NCBI GenBank assembly: GCA_043745805.1
Contig: JAYTSD010000043.1
Span: 105,089-169,088, forward strand
DNA from: Fibrobacteria bacterium
GTDB lineage: Bacteria > Fibrobacterota > Fibrobacteria > UBA11236
Direction: 5' to 3'
Length of the DNA: 64,000 bases
Positions 10,491-20,033 of the stretch are shown here, piece after piece; position 1 is the stretch's first letter, and each line of letters starts with the position of its first letter. Under the pieces are notes generated by a model that saw nothing but the letters and a program-made list of their open reading frames with translations, was not told the origin of the DNA and ran no database searches. Position numbers and translations under genes: made by a program.

Positions 10491-11012
10491 ATGGCCAAAG
10501 GTTTTGAAAAAAATGCAAAGCGTATTGATCCTTATAAAAATTTTAAGTTCCGTATTCTATGGGACAATAAAACTGTATTAGGAGTTAGCAAGGTCAGCGC
10601 TTTAAAACGTACTACCGAAGTGGTTTCGCATCGCGATGGGGGTGACAATAGCACTGATCATAAATCACCTGGTCGCACTAAATATGATGGCATCACCTTG
10701 GAACGTGGATTAACCCATGATCCAGAGTTTGAAAAATGGGCAAATAAAGTTCATCCCTACGCGGGCGACTCGGCCATGGATTTAGCCGATTATAAAAAAA
10801 ACTTAACCTTAGAAATGATGAATGAAAAAGGGCAGGTGGTTTATCGCTACTTTCTTTATCATTGCTGGGTTAGCGAATACACGGCCATGCCCGAGCTCAA
10901 TGCCAATGCCAATGCTATATCTATCGAATCTTTAAAAATAGAACTTGAAGGTTGGGATAGAGATTTGGATACCAAAGAACCGAATGAAAGTGATGACGTA
11001 CCGAAATCATGA
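10491..11012 (+). CDS. Tail tube protein (T4 gp19/Afp1-like)
   Basis: RIDPYKNFKF, PGRTKYDGITLERG, ELNANANAISIESL; follows sheath. Confidence 0.95.
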   Translation: MAKGFEKNAKRIDPYKNFKFRILWDNKTVLGVSKVSALKRTTEVVSHRDGGDNSTDHKSPGRTKYDGITLERGLTHDPEFEKWANKVHPYAGDSAMDLADYKKNLTLEMMNEKGQVVYRYFLYHCWVSEYTAMPELNANANAISIESLKIELEGWDRDLDTKEPNESDDVPKS

Positions 11013-11028
11013 TAGGGTGGAATAGAAC

Positions 11029-11859
11029 ATGAATGTTGCTCCGGGATCAAATGCTATTGGTCAGTTATCGGAGCAGACCACGTCCTTTGCCGGATTCTAT
11101 CCAGCGAGCGAAATACGCATGCGTAATTTTGGAATACTGCAAAGCGATCTCGGTATTAATTTTACTACAAAAAATACTTCGGCACTAATTACCCATTTAC
11201 TCGAACAATGTTCATTTGATCCTATAGGTATTGGGTCAACCGGTTTTTTCAAAAATCTTTCTATTGGCAGACGAGTAGAATGCTTGCTTGTTTTGGCAAA
11301 GGGAGGAGACCACTCAGATTTCAATTTCCCATTTGCTTGCTCCGGTTGCAAACAGATTATTGCGTTGGATATTACCATGGAAGAAATCACAACGCTGCAA
11401 AGAGAAGCGGATCACATTGAAACCGTGCAGATTCAAGTAATGGGTAACAATTTCGGTTTGCGAAAACCTTGCGGTCATGATCAAGAAAAATGGGCTGAAA
11501 TGGTTTTTCTCGATCAAAATGAAGCCCAGATAAAGATGATTAATTCGCTTACACTTACGGAGAATTTTCCTGCAAAAATCAATGCCGAGGCTTTGCAGCT
11601 TATTGATGAAGCGATGAACGTAGCGGATCCCTTGATCAACTTTAATTGCCAAGTAACTTGCGAGGAATGTACTACAAAAAATGAAATTGTAATTGACCTT
11701 TGCGATGCGGCGATAAATATGCTGAAGCGGCTTCAGCAGCAATTGATAGTGATGGCACATAAATTGGCTTCCCATTATCATTGGAGTGAAAGTGAAATTT
11801 TTGCTATTCCGCATTGGCGTCGGAAAGTTTATCTCGACCTTATAGCTGTTGGACGATAA
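11029..11859 (+). CDS. eCIS conserved protein (T4 gp26-like/tail assembly) with two CxxC motifs
   Basis: CSGC, CEEC, ADPL and the C-terminal HKLASHYHWSESEIFAIPHWRRKVY motif seen after CIS tube genes. Confidence 0.7.
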   Translation: MNVAPGSNAIGQLSEQTTSFAGFYPASEIRMRNFGILQSDLGINFTTKNTSALITHLLEQCSFDPIGIGSTGFFKNLSIGRRVECLLVLAKGGDHSDFNFPFACSGCKQIIALDITMEEITTLQREADHIETVQIQVMGNNFGLRKPCGHDQEKWAEMVFLDQNEAQIKMINSLTLTENFPAKINAEALQLIDEAMNVADPLINFNCQVTCEECTTKNEIVIDLCDAAINMLKRLQQQLIVMAHKLASHYHWSESEIFAIPHWRRKVYLDLIAVGR

Positions 11860-11862
11860 ATT

Positions 11863-12846
11863 ATGCCAAACTATTTTTCACGTCTTGCTGAGCAGAGTGG
11901 TTTTCAATTTAAGGGAAGCCAAGGAGTAAGGCCCGAAGTATTAGAAAAAAAAGCGGGTAGTGGACTTTCTCCGCTTGAACAAGAAGCGACGATTTTAAGT
12001 CCATCGCAACCATTAGAAAAATCTTCCCTAACCTTAATAGATTCGAATAAGCATGAAATGCAACCCTCCATTTCTAAAAATGAAGAAATTAAAAATGAGC
12101 CTTCAGAGAAAGCGCCTATTAATCCGAAGGAAATTTTTGCTCAAAAACAGGTAACTCGTGAAGTTAATCCAATTGTCCAAAACATAGATTCTGTGACTGC
12201 GCCAATGGAAAATAAAACCCTTGCTGCATCGCTTTTCAATAAAGCGATATTGCCTGTGAATAAAATGAACGAAAATAGTTTATCACAGGAGTCGAAAGAG
12301 TTTAAATCACCGAGTGCTGTTAAATTAGCTGATCCTGTTGAAGCGTCAGTACCGATACAAGATTCACCTCAGTTTGAGTCAGCAGAAAAACAAGAAAGCA
12401 TTGTGTCTCTCCTTTCACCTTTGGAGAATTCTGAAAAGCCAAATTATTTTTCCAGAACTTCGGAGATTTTGAATCAAGGTCAAATCGAAAAACAGGATAT
12501 TCATTCTCTTATTCTGCAAGATGTTCAGGAATGGGTTGCGGCTTCGCCCACGGATACAAAAACGGTAAAAAGTAATATTGAAGTATTCAATACGGCTTTA
12601 AATTCAGAACCTGTATTCTCAAATGAGATAACTGATCCGTTAACACAAAATTTGTTTCGATCTAGAAATGCAGAAGTAGAAAGTTCGTTGGAACATAACT
12701 TTAATCTTTCCATTGGATCCATTAGTATTATTATTGATGAACCCACAAAACCACAGCATTCAGAATTTAAAAGCCAGCCACAACCTCAACCTACAATACC
12801 GAAAAACGAAAATCGTTTTTCGCGACTTAGTCGAAGTTATCTCTAA
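11863..12846 (+). CDS. Low-complexity eCIS hypothetical protein
   Basis: Starts 3 bp after the previous stop; S/E/K/P-rich; MPNYFSRLA start and LSIGSISIII-P C-terminal motif. Confidence 0.65.
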   Translation: MPNYFSRLAEQSGFQFKGSQGVRPEVLEKKAGSGLSPLEQEATILSPSQPLEKSSLTLIDSNKHEMQPSISKNEEIKNEPSEKAPINPKEIFAQKQVTREVNPIVQNIDSVTAPMENKTLAASLFNKAILPVNKMNENSLSQESKEFKSPSAVKLADPVEASVPIQDSPQFESAEKQESIVSLLSPLENSEKPNYFSRTSEILNQGQIEKQDIHSLILQDVQEWVAASPTDTKTVKSNIEVFNTALNSEPVFSNEITDPLTQNLFRSRNAEVESSLEHNFNLSIGSISIIIDEPTKPQHSEFKSQPQPQPTIPKNENRFSRLSRSYL

Positions 12847-12860
12847 ATTATTCAGGATTT

Positions 12861-14084
12861 ATGGCACTTGCTGATACATCAAAAGCTATTGGAGCCGTTA
12901 CTAAAGGGCTTAAAGAACGTCTTGAATTTAGAACGGGTTATCATGTAAGTGCAGGTCGCATTGAAAAGCCCAATTTGACTATAGACGAGGCCTACTTAAA
13001 TCTTTTTTTATATGAAATCGCTTTTGATCCGCAATTAAAAAATACACCATTAAATGAAGGTGAAAAGCCACCTATATGGTTGGTGTTGAAATTTTTGCTA
13101 ACCGCCTTTGCCTCGAAAACAGAAAGCGATACTCAAGCTGCCCATGAAATATTAGGTTTGGCGATTCGAGCTATTTATCAAGATGATTTGCTAAAACTAA
13201 ATGGATTGGGAGATGTCAAACCTTTAGAAAGTAATCCGAGTGAATTGCATGTTACCTTTGAGGAATCACCAGCTGATCTGGTCGCGAAGTTAACCCAGGG
13301 TTCTGATGAAACGCCAAGACTTTCCATTGCCTTTCAAGTGCGTCCGGTGATGATTGCCTCAGCAGAACCCGGCCATTATTCTTTGCTTGTGGGTGTGGAT
13401 TATACTAAACCGCCAATTACCCTTTCACCAGCGCCCGTTGGGCTGGATGTAATTCCTTCCATGGGATCCTTTATAACCGAGATAGTACCCTCAGGATTTG
13501 AAGTGAATGAAGAGATTACTCTGCGTGGTACGGATCTGCATTTGGCGAATCTCTCGGTGATGCTTGGATCAGTTGAACTCCCTATAACCATGCAGCAACC
13601 TGATGAATTAAAGTTTAAAATCGATAGTGCGATTATTGCAGCGAGTGGACTTTCCGCTGGAAGTTATTCGGTTATGATTGTGCAAACTCTTCCGGGTACG
13701 GGTAAAAAACGCAAGAGCAATGCGCTAATAGGAAATTTAGTACCCACACTTTTGAATGCTCCGATAGCGGCATTTAGCCTTATGGTTATTCCCGCAATTC
13801 CTCCCAGTAGTTTCGACACCGCTTATGCCACTATTAATCTGAATGGTATATTGCTAGGAAATAAAAATGATGATGTGATACTTGCTCTTTATCGTGATGG
13901 TAAAGTGTATCAATCTTTTGACGTATTTTCTGTGTTACCCGTCCCACAACCTCCCTTACAACCTGCACAGCAATTGAAGATGATTGCTAAGGACGCGGTG
14001 CCCGTGGGTGACTATCAGGCCATTTTACTAGTTAATGGGCAACAAGCTCCTCAAAGTCCAATTATTTCCCTGCATAATCCATGA
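12861..14084 (+). CDS. DUF4255/Pvc16(Afp16)-like cap/terminator protein with Ig-like (IPT) extension
   Basis: AIGAVT..L, LNLFLYEI, FLLTAF, HEILGLA, RLSIAFQVRPVMI; then ITEIVPS...ITLRGTDL. Confidence 0.85.
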   Translation: MALADTSKAIGAVTKGLKERLEFRTGYHVSAGRIEKPNLTIDEAYLNLFLYEIAFDPQLKNTPLNEGEKPPIWLVLKFLLTAFASKTESDTQAAHEILGLAIRAIYQDDLLKLNGLGDVKPLESNPSELHVTFEESPADLVAKLTQGSDETPRLSIAFQVRPVMIASAEPGHYSLLVGVDYTKPPITLSPAPVGLDVIPSMGSFITEIVPSGFEVNEEITLRGTDLHLANLSVMLGSVELPITMQQPDELKFKIDSAIIAASGLSAGSYSVMIVQTLPGTGKKRKSNALIGNLVPTLLNAPIAAFSLMVIPAIPPSSFDTAYATINLNGILLGNKNDDVILALYRDGKVYQSFDVFSVLPVPQPPLQPAQQLKMIAKDAVPVGDYQAILLVNGQQAPQSPIISLHNP

Positions 14085-16240
14085 GTACTTTAACCGGAAA
14101 ATATGAGAATATTGTATTCTCGACCAATTTACGAGCCGATGATGAATGGGCAAATTATTGGATGCGTCAGGCTACACTTAGGTTACGTCGTGAAATCGCA
14201 TGGATTTGGAATGAAAGAGGGCATACGGGGAAAGCGCGTATGGGCGAGTTGCCTCCTATTATTGACCAAGTTTCGAATTCCTTGGACTTTGCGCGTTACC
14301 GTGATGAAAAGCAAAGATTCTTTAAAGAAAATGCGGCAGCGAGATATTTGACTGAGCAATTGCAAATCGAAAAACCCGAAGATAACAAAGTTCATCGTGG
14401 CTCATTTGGCTGGGTTATTATGGAATTGGGCTTGGATGATATTTCGGCATTTGCGCTGGGCCTTGCGCTTGCGGCCGCTTTCGATGCGAGCTTTGGAGCG
14501 GTGATTGCAGCTTGTCTAAATGAACATGCACGTATTTATCCTAATCTAATGCTCATACAAAGGCTATGGGATTTGCCCGAGGATGCACTTTTGCTTTCCG
14601 ATCCGATGCATTTACTATTCCGCTTTGGTCTTTTACGTCGCAGTGCCGTGGCTCAACGCGCTTATGCCGAGACCTTATGGGAGCAACCCTTATTTATTCC
14701 TTCCATGATCGCGCGTCAACTTTTATGCGAATACCCCATTGTTCCCGCAGGGTTGGAATTGCTTCATCCTGAAAAATTGCCAGCGGGAAAATTAGATAAA
14801 TCCTGTGAGCTAATAGCCTATCGACTCAAATCGGAAAAAGCCAAAAATTTACGCGTGTTACCTCTATTGGGAAATAAACGATCTGCTTATCGCCAAATCG
14901 CAGTGGACATTTCCAAGGTTACTAAACGCGCTTTGTGGGAATATCGCGGTAACCCTTCTCTACTGGCCGATGCGGATTATTTGAATATGCTGGTGACTTT
15001 ATGTTGGTTACAAGATAGAGAATTACTTATCTCTCATGAGATATTTGATAGCAGTGAAAAAAACCGAGAGCGTAATGAAGGTTTACCCCTTGTCTCCATT
15101 CCTATTACTTTATTTTTGGCAATTTCGGATCGTAGACAAATTAAACATATCGATTCGGAATGGATATTACCCCTAATTAAAACTCCCGTTCTGTCTTATG
15201 AAGAGAGGCTTATTTTTTGGCATGCCGAATTTGGGGCGGAGGCAGAAAAACATGGATCTATTTTTACCGAGATTGCGCGAAGATTTCGTTATGACAAAGA
15301 AACTATTCGACAAATTATTAAAGAGTTAAAAGCGCTTCCCCATAAACTCACTGAGGATGATTTTAATATGGCTTGCCGTGTTGAGCTCAATTTTGATATT
15401 GGCGAATTAGCAGCTTATGTGGAGCCTCGCTTTGTGGATGAGCAACTCATTTTACCTAAAAAACAAGAGCAGCAATTTGAAGAACAATTAGCAGCCATGG
15501 AATCGCTTACAAAAGTGCATTATAGTTGGGGAACGGCACGTGCTTGGAATGAAGGCGGAATAACCGTTTTGTTTGCGGGGCCGCCGGGAACGGGAAAAAC
15601 TATGGCCGCCGAAATTATGGCTTTGCGTTTGAAGTTACCCATGTATCGCATTGATTTATCGCAGGTGGTTAATAAATACATCGGTGAAACGGAAAAAAAT
15701 TTAAAACGCATTTTTGATGCGGCTGAAATTTCCGATATGGTACTTTTCTTTGATGAAGCGGATTCGCTTTTTGGCAAGCGTACGGATGTGAATGATGCAC
15801 GTGATCGCTATGCGAATTTGGAAGTGAGTTATTTGCTGGAACGCATGGAACGATTCAAAGGCTTAGCCATTTTGGCGACCAATCGCAAGCGCGATTTGGA
15901 TGATGCCTTTATGCGACGCATACGCTATATCATTGACTTTCCTGTGCCGGAAGAAGCGCAGCGTTTAGCGATTTGGAATCAGGTTATTCCTCAGGACGTG
16001 GCCAAAAATTCTTTATTGGACATTCCTTTTTTGGCAAGGCAATTTCCGCTTTCTGGTGGACATATTCGTTCCGTGGTATTCAATGCTTGTTTACAATCGG
16101 CACATGGGAATAGTGAAAAAAAGGAACTCTTTATGAAAGATGTTTTGATTGCCATTAAACGTGAATATGACAAAATGAATCGCTCTTTGAGTCTCGATCA
16201 ACTGGGACGGTATGCTCAGCATATTAGTGGGTTAGAGTAA
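14081..16240 (+). CDS. eCIS AAA+ ATPase (Afp15/Pvc15-like)
   Basis: Walker A GPPGTGKT, Walker B LFFDEAD, DRYANLEVSYLL, LSGGHIR. Confidence 0.95.
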   Translation: MSTLTGKYENIVFSTNLRADDEWANYWMRQATLRLRREIAWIWNERGHTGKARMGELPPIIDQVSNSLDFARYRDEKQRFFKENAAARYLTEQLQIEKPEDNKVHRGSFGWVIMELGLDDISAFALGLALAAAFDASFGAVIAACLNEHARIYPNLMLIQRLWDLPEDALLLSDPMHLLFRFGLLRRSAVAQRAYAETLWEQPLFIPSMIARQLLCEYPIVPAGLELLHPEKLPAGKLDKSCELIAYRLKSEKAKNLRVLPLLGNKRSAYRQIAVDISKVTKRALWEYRGNPSLLADADYLNMLVTLCWLQDRELLISHEIFDSSEKNRERNEGLPLVSIPITLFLAISDRRQIKHIDSEWILPLIKTPVLSYEERLIFWHAEFGAEAEKHGSIFTEIARRFRYDKETIRQIIKELKALPHKLTEDDFNMACRVELNFDIGELAAYVEPRFVDEQLILPKKQEQQFEEQLAAMESLTKVHYSWGTARAWNEGGITVLFAGPPGTGKTMAAEIMALRLKLPMYRIDLSQVVNKYIGETEKNLKRIFDAAEISDMVLFFDEADSLFGKRTDVNDARDRYANLEVSYLLERMERFKGLAILATNRKRDLDDAFMRRIRYIIDFPVPEEAQRLAIWNQVIPQDVAKNSLLDIPFLARQFPLSGGHIRSVVFNACLQSAHGNSEKKELFMKDVLIAIKREYDKMNRSLSLDQLGRYAQHISGLE

Positions 16241-16244
16241 TAAT

Positions 16245-16505
16245 ATGGCTAATCGAAATATTCACATTGAAAATATACAAGTTAGCATGCCACCTCATTT
16301 GGTAGTGCAGGCGCATGAAATAGGGAATGGACTTGGTCAGGCTATTCTGCATGCCATTGCTGAATCTACGCTTGGAAAACATGGCCATAAAAAAATAGCC
16401 GCCTTAGAGGTCGGAAAAGTGAGTGTGAAAAACTATGCCGAACCGCGAGGAATACAACAACAAATTGCGAGTCATGTGGCGAATACGATTCGGGAAAAAT
16501 TCTAA
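16245..16505 (+). CDS. Small eCIS hypothetical protein
   Basis: Fills the gap in the operon; IHIENIQV motif typical of small CIS accessory ORFs. Confidence 0.65.
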   Translation: MANRNIHIENIQVSMPPHLVVQAHEIGNGLGQAILHAIAESTLGKHGHKKIAALEVGKVSVKNYAEPRGIQQQIASHVANTIREKF

Positions 16506-16522
16506 AAGTTAGGGTAGCGAAG

Positions 16523-17185
16523 ATGGCTGGTTTTTTAATGAGAGGCGCATTGATCGAATACGGTTCCGATTTTATGGGACCCATTCCTAATGTAGTGATC
16601 TTTCAATTCAATCCTGAGACCTTGTCACGTACCGTACAAATTCCTCCGCGTCCGGCTTCTGCGACGGCACGCGAAACGACACAAGCGGGTCAACCTTCTA
16701 TAGAAAAAATCACCTTGAAGGCTAGCTTTAGTGCGGCAGATGAGCTGGGCGATAATAAAGCCTTAGCGCGATTGTTTGGTGTCGGGACTCGTTTAGCCGC
16801 ATTGGAGAAAATGGTTTATCCGTCCAATGAATTGACTGCTGCAATCGGTGCTGCGCTAGGCTTAGGAGGCAGCTCAACCGGTGGTGATCTTAGGCAGCCT
16901 ATTCCGCGTCAAAAAATGCCAAGGATATTATTTATTTGGGGGCCATTAAAAGTATTACCGGTGGTACTCGAATCCATGAGCATTACCGAACAACAATATG
17001 ATTTTTTATTGAATCCCACGCAAGCTGAGGTTTCCATTACCATGGCCGTTAACTCTAATGATCAATGTTCGGATGATAATATAGGTAAAGGCGCTTTATC
17101 TTATTCTAATATGGCAAAGGATGCCCAAGCCATGGCAAACCTTTCTAATACGGCTGCACAAATTGTGGACTTAATTCCATTTTGA
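16523..17185 (+). CDS. CIS tube-initiator protein (Afp7-like)
   Basis: VVIFQFNPETLSR, ILFIWG, LPVVLESMSITEQQYD..LNP. Confidence 0.85.
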   Translation: MAGFLMRGALIEYGSDFMGPIPNVVIFQFNPETLSRTVQIPPRPASATARETTQAGQPSIEKITLKASFSAADELGDNKALARLFGVGTRLAALEKMVYPSNELTAAIGAALGLGGSSTGGDLRQPIPRQKMPRILFIWGPLKVLPVVLESMSITEQQYDFLLNPTQAEVSITMAVNSNDQCSDDNIGKGALSYSNMAKDAQAMANLSNTAAQIVDLIPF

Positions 17186-17198
17186 ATAAGGAGGTAAC

Positions 17199-17501
17199 AT
17201 GTTTGATGTAAATTCTCGTTATGCCAAAAATCCAATCGTTGAGGTGGATAAGTCCAATAGCAAAAAGGTAAATGTTATCAAGTTACGCCACTTGCCTTAT
17301 GTGGGAGGGAATTTATCTGAGGTAAAAGGCATAGATAGACTCGATATTATGGCTCATCGTAATTATAAAGACGGCACAAAGTTTTGGCATGTGGCCGATG
17401 CGAATACCGAGCTTGAGGCTAATGATCTGGTAACTAATAAGTTACCTGAAAATCCACTGCAAAAGCAAGAAACCACTTTCATTTTCATTCCTGAGAACTA
17501 A
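17199..17501 (+). CDS. LysM-like baseplate protein
   Basis: MFDVNSRY; DRLDIMAHRNYKDGTKFWHVADAN; GGAGG RBS. Confidence 0.8.
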   Translation: MFDVNSRYAKNPIVEVDKSNSKKVNVIKLRHLPYVGGNLSEVKGIDRLDIMAHRNYKDGTKFWHVADANTELEANDLVTNKLPENPLQKQETTFIFIPEN

Positions 17502-17502
17502 A

Positions 17503-18660
17503 ATGAACAAAGCATTTCGAGTTTATTATGGGGGGAATTTGGCTACGCAAGAACAACTCAATGCTATTGAGGAAATTGTTGTGGTACAAGAAATGGGTAT
17601 TGCTTGGGAAGCGCAGATAAAAATACCCGTTTGTATTGCTGAAGATGGTTCTTGGGAAGGTGAAAATGATTCCATCTTTGCAGAGTTTGCACGTGTTCGC
17701 ATTGAGGCTCAAATTGGTGAAAATGATTTTATCCCTCTAATCGAAGGGAGTATTCACTCAGGGGAGCCAGATTATAATGCATCGCCAGGCTTAAGTACCG
17801 TAACCGTTATTGTACATGATGACACTCGCTTACTACATCGCCAAGCCGAATCCGTTGCTTTTTCTGGACAAAGCGATAATGAAATTGTGAGTACTATATT
17901 TAATGATGCCTCGCTTGGTGAGAATGCTGAAATAGATAATCCTCCTGCTGGACCGGTACAAAATGCGGTCATAAACCAACAGGGCACAATGATGGAAATG
18001 TTACGTTCCATTGCGGCGCGTTATCAAAACTATTATGCCTATGTGCTTCCAGGATCCACAGTTGGAAATAGTAAAGGTGTTTTTAAAAAACTTCCGACAA
18101 GCCCAGATGCAGGTTTGCCTATTGCCTATTTGAGTGGCCCTAAGCAAAACATTTCGGAATTTCGCATTCGAAGAAATTCTGCTAGGGCCTCTCGTGTTGA
18201 AGGAGCTCATTTAAGTATGAGCGATAAAAGCGTTGCTAAAGCTAGCGCAAATCCGAGCGACAATATTCCTTCAGGAAGTGATAGTGCGACTAGTGGAAGG
18301 GATACCGATCTTCGTCTTCGTCGCCTTCCGTCGGGTATTGGCGATCATACTGATTTAACTGAAGCGGCCAATGGAATGGCTGAAGAATCTAGTTTCACAC
18401 TTAGTGCTGAAGGCAGTGTAATTTCAGGACTTTTTCCAGCGATATTGCAACCGTATAAAATGCTTTCCGTGCAACTTTCCAATAGTCGTTACAGTTCCAA
18501 TTATGTAATTAGCAAGGTGACACATACATTAGGCATTTCGGAATATACCCAAAGTTTTTCGGTAATAGGTAATGTGGTGTCGCCTGAGGGTAGCGCTACT
18601 ATACCTGCGCCAGCAGCAGTGATGTCTGTCAGTTTTAATGTTCAAATGGGTGTATTCTAA
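17503..18660 (+). CDS. Baseplate hub (phage late control D/gp27-like, N-half of VgrG/Afp8)
   Basis: Size and position; C-terminal YSSNYVISKVTHTL...YTQSF motif. Confidence 0.75.
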   Translation: MNKAFRVYYGGNLATQEQLNAIEEIVVVQEMGIAWEAQIKIPVCIAEDGSWEGENDSIFAEFARVRIEAQIGENDFIPLIEGSIHSGEPDYNASPGLSTVTVIVHDDTRLLHRQAESVAFSGQSDNEIVSTIFNDASLGENAEIDNPPAGPVQNAVINQQGTMMEMLRSIAARYQNYYAYVLPGSTVGNSKGVFKKLPTSPDAGLPIAYLSGPKQNISEFRIRRNSARASRVEGAHLSMSDKSVAKASANPSDNIPSGSDSATSGRDTDLRLRRLPSGIGDHTDLTEAANGMAEESSFTLSAEGSVISGLFPAILQPYKMLSVQLSNSRYSSNYVISKVTHTLGISEYTQSFSVIGNVVSPEGSATIPAPAAVMSVSFNVQMGVF

Positions 18661-19304
18661 TGCATAATTCTGAAGTAGAAGATCAATTAATAGGAATTTC
18701 GGAATGGAGAAATCAACATTTCTTTGGGAAATACCGTGGTACCGTAGACGCCGTAGAAACGGGCAATGATCTCGGACTCATTTCTGTTAAAGTCCCAGAT
18801 GTTTTTGGTGCCGATTTTATAGTGAAAAGAGTGCGGCCTTGTTCCCCTTTTGGAGGCAATAAACATGGCTTTGTCGCTATTCCAGAAGCGGGCGATGGAG
18901 TGTGGGTTGAATTTGAAGCGGGAAAAACTTCCCTACCTATTTGGACAGGATTTTGGTGGGCGGATAATGAGATACCCGAACCTAAAGGTCCTTTGATACG
19001 CAGCTTTATTACTACCAAGGGACATAAACTGCTTTTAAATGATGATGCCAATGAAGTGCAATTGCTCCATGCCAGTGGACCTGAAATCACCATGACGGAT
19101 AGCGATATTACTATTCAAATAGGGGATACCAGTATTAAATTGACTACTAGTGATTTAATCTTAAAAGTGGGCGCTTCATCTACTTCACCGCAAATCAAAA
19201 TTACCGCCAGTGACATTACCTTGCAAAGTAGTACAGTAGGTTCTATTAAGCTTACGTCAGGTGGCGTGGATATTGGTAATGGCGCTATGAAAGTAGGAGC
19301 CTAA
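18660..19304 (+). CDS. Baseplate spike (gpV/gp5 OB-fold + beta-prism)
   Basis: FFGKYRGTV, IPEAGDGVWVEFEAG, PIWTG, repeated IKLT/ITLQ strands; TAATG overlap with hub gene. Confidence 0.9.
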   Translation: MHNSEVEDQLIGISEWRNQHFFGKYRGTVDAVETGNDLGLISVKVPDVFGADFIVKRVRPCSPFGGNKHGFVAIPEAGDGVWVEFEAGKTSLPIWTGFWWADNEIPEPKGPLIRSFITTKGHKLLLNDDANEVQLLHASGPEITMTDSDITIQIGDTSIKLTTSDLILKVGASSTSPQIKITASDITLQSSTVGSIKLTSGGVDIGNGAMKVGA

Positions 19305-19640
19305 GTGCCCGGCTATATTTTAACCACGGCTAGTCAAGTAATGTGTACGCATGGAGGCAATGCGATATTAACGACTTCGAATACACAACTGCAAGTGGAT
19401 AATGCACTGGCATTATTAGAAACCGATGTGAATTCCATTGCCGGATGCCCTTTTACTTTACCCGGCCCAAAGCCATCGCCTTGTATTCGTATTGAATGGA
19501 CCGCAGGTGCAACCCAGTGTAAGAGCAATGGGACAAAGGTTTTAATTCAATCCAGTATGGGAAAATGTATTAGTGCCGAAGGGGCAACACAGGGTATAGC
19601 CATAGTGATTCAAACGCAAATGAAGGTGCAGGGGAATTGA
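19305..19640 (+). CDS. PAAR-like (DUF4280-type) spike tip
   Basis: MCTHGG, IAGCPF, PSPC, GKC putative metal-binding residues; immediately after spike; GTG start. Confidence 0.8.
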   Translation: MPGYILTTASQVMCTHGGNAILTTSNTQLQVDNALALLETDVNSIAGCPFTLPGPKPSPCIRIEWTAGATQCKSNGTKVLIQSSMGKCISAEGATQGIAIVIQTQMKVQGN

Positions 19641-19644
19641 TTTT

Positions 19645-20025
19645 ATGAAACTGCAAAATGGTAAACATTTAAAGTTTCCCTTCCATGTAGGCAATGACGG
19701 TCGCATGAGCACCGTTAAAACCTTGGATGAACATGTACATGATGAGCTTATCCAACTGATTCTCACTAATCAGGGAGAGCGTCCTTTTCTAGTAGACTTT
19801 GGCGCGGGTGTGCGTCGTTTGGTTTTTGAAGCGGCTGATGGAATGACGGGTGCCGTAGCGAAAGCAACGATTACTCAAGCTATTAATCGCTGGCTAGGTC
19901 ATCGTGCGGTTTTGGAATTTCTAAATGTGATTGTTGAAAATTCTACCATATCCGTTGATATACGCTATCATTTGGCCGGTACAGCTGATTCGCGCTCACT
20001 TCGTTTTCAACATGCGGGAGCTTGA
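19645..20025 (+). CDS. GPW/gp25-family baseplate protein (Afp9-like)
   Basis: FPFHV, LILTNQGERP...DFGAG...LVFE. Confidence 0.92.
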   Translation: MKLQNGKHLKFPFHVGNDGRMSTVKTLDEHVHDELIQLILTNQGERPFLVDFGAGVRRLVFEAADGMTGAVAKATITQAINRWLGHRAVLEFLNVIVENSTISVDIRYHLAGTADSRSLRFQHAGA

Positions 20026-20033
20026 TTTAGCAA

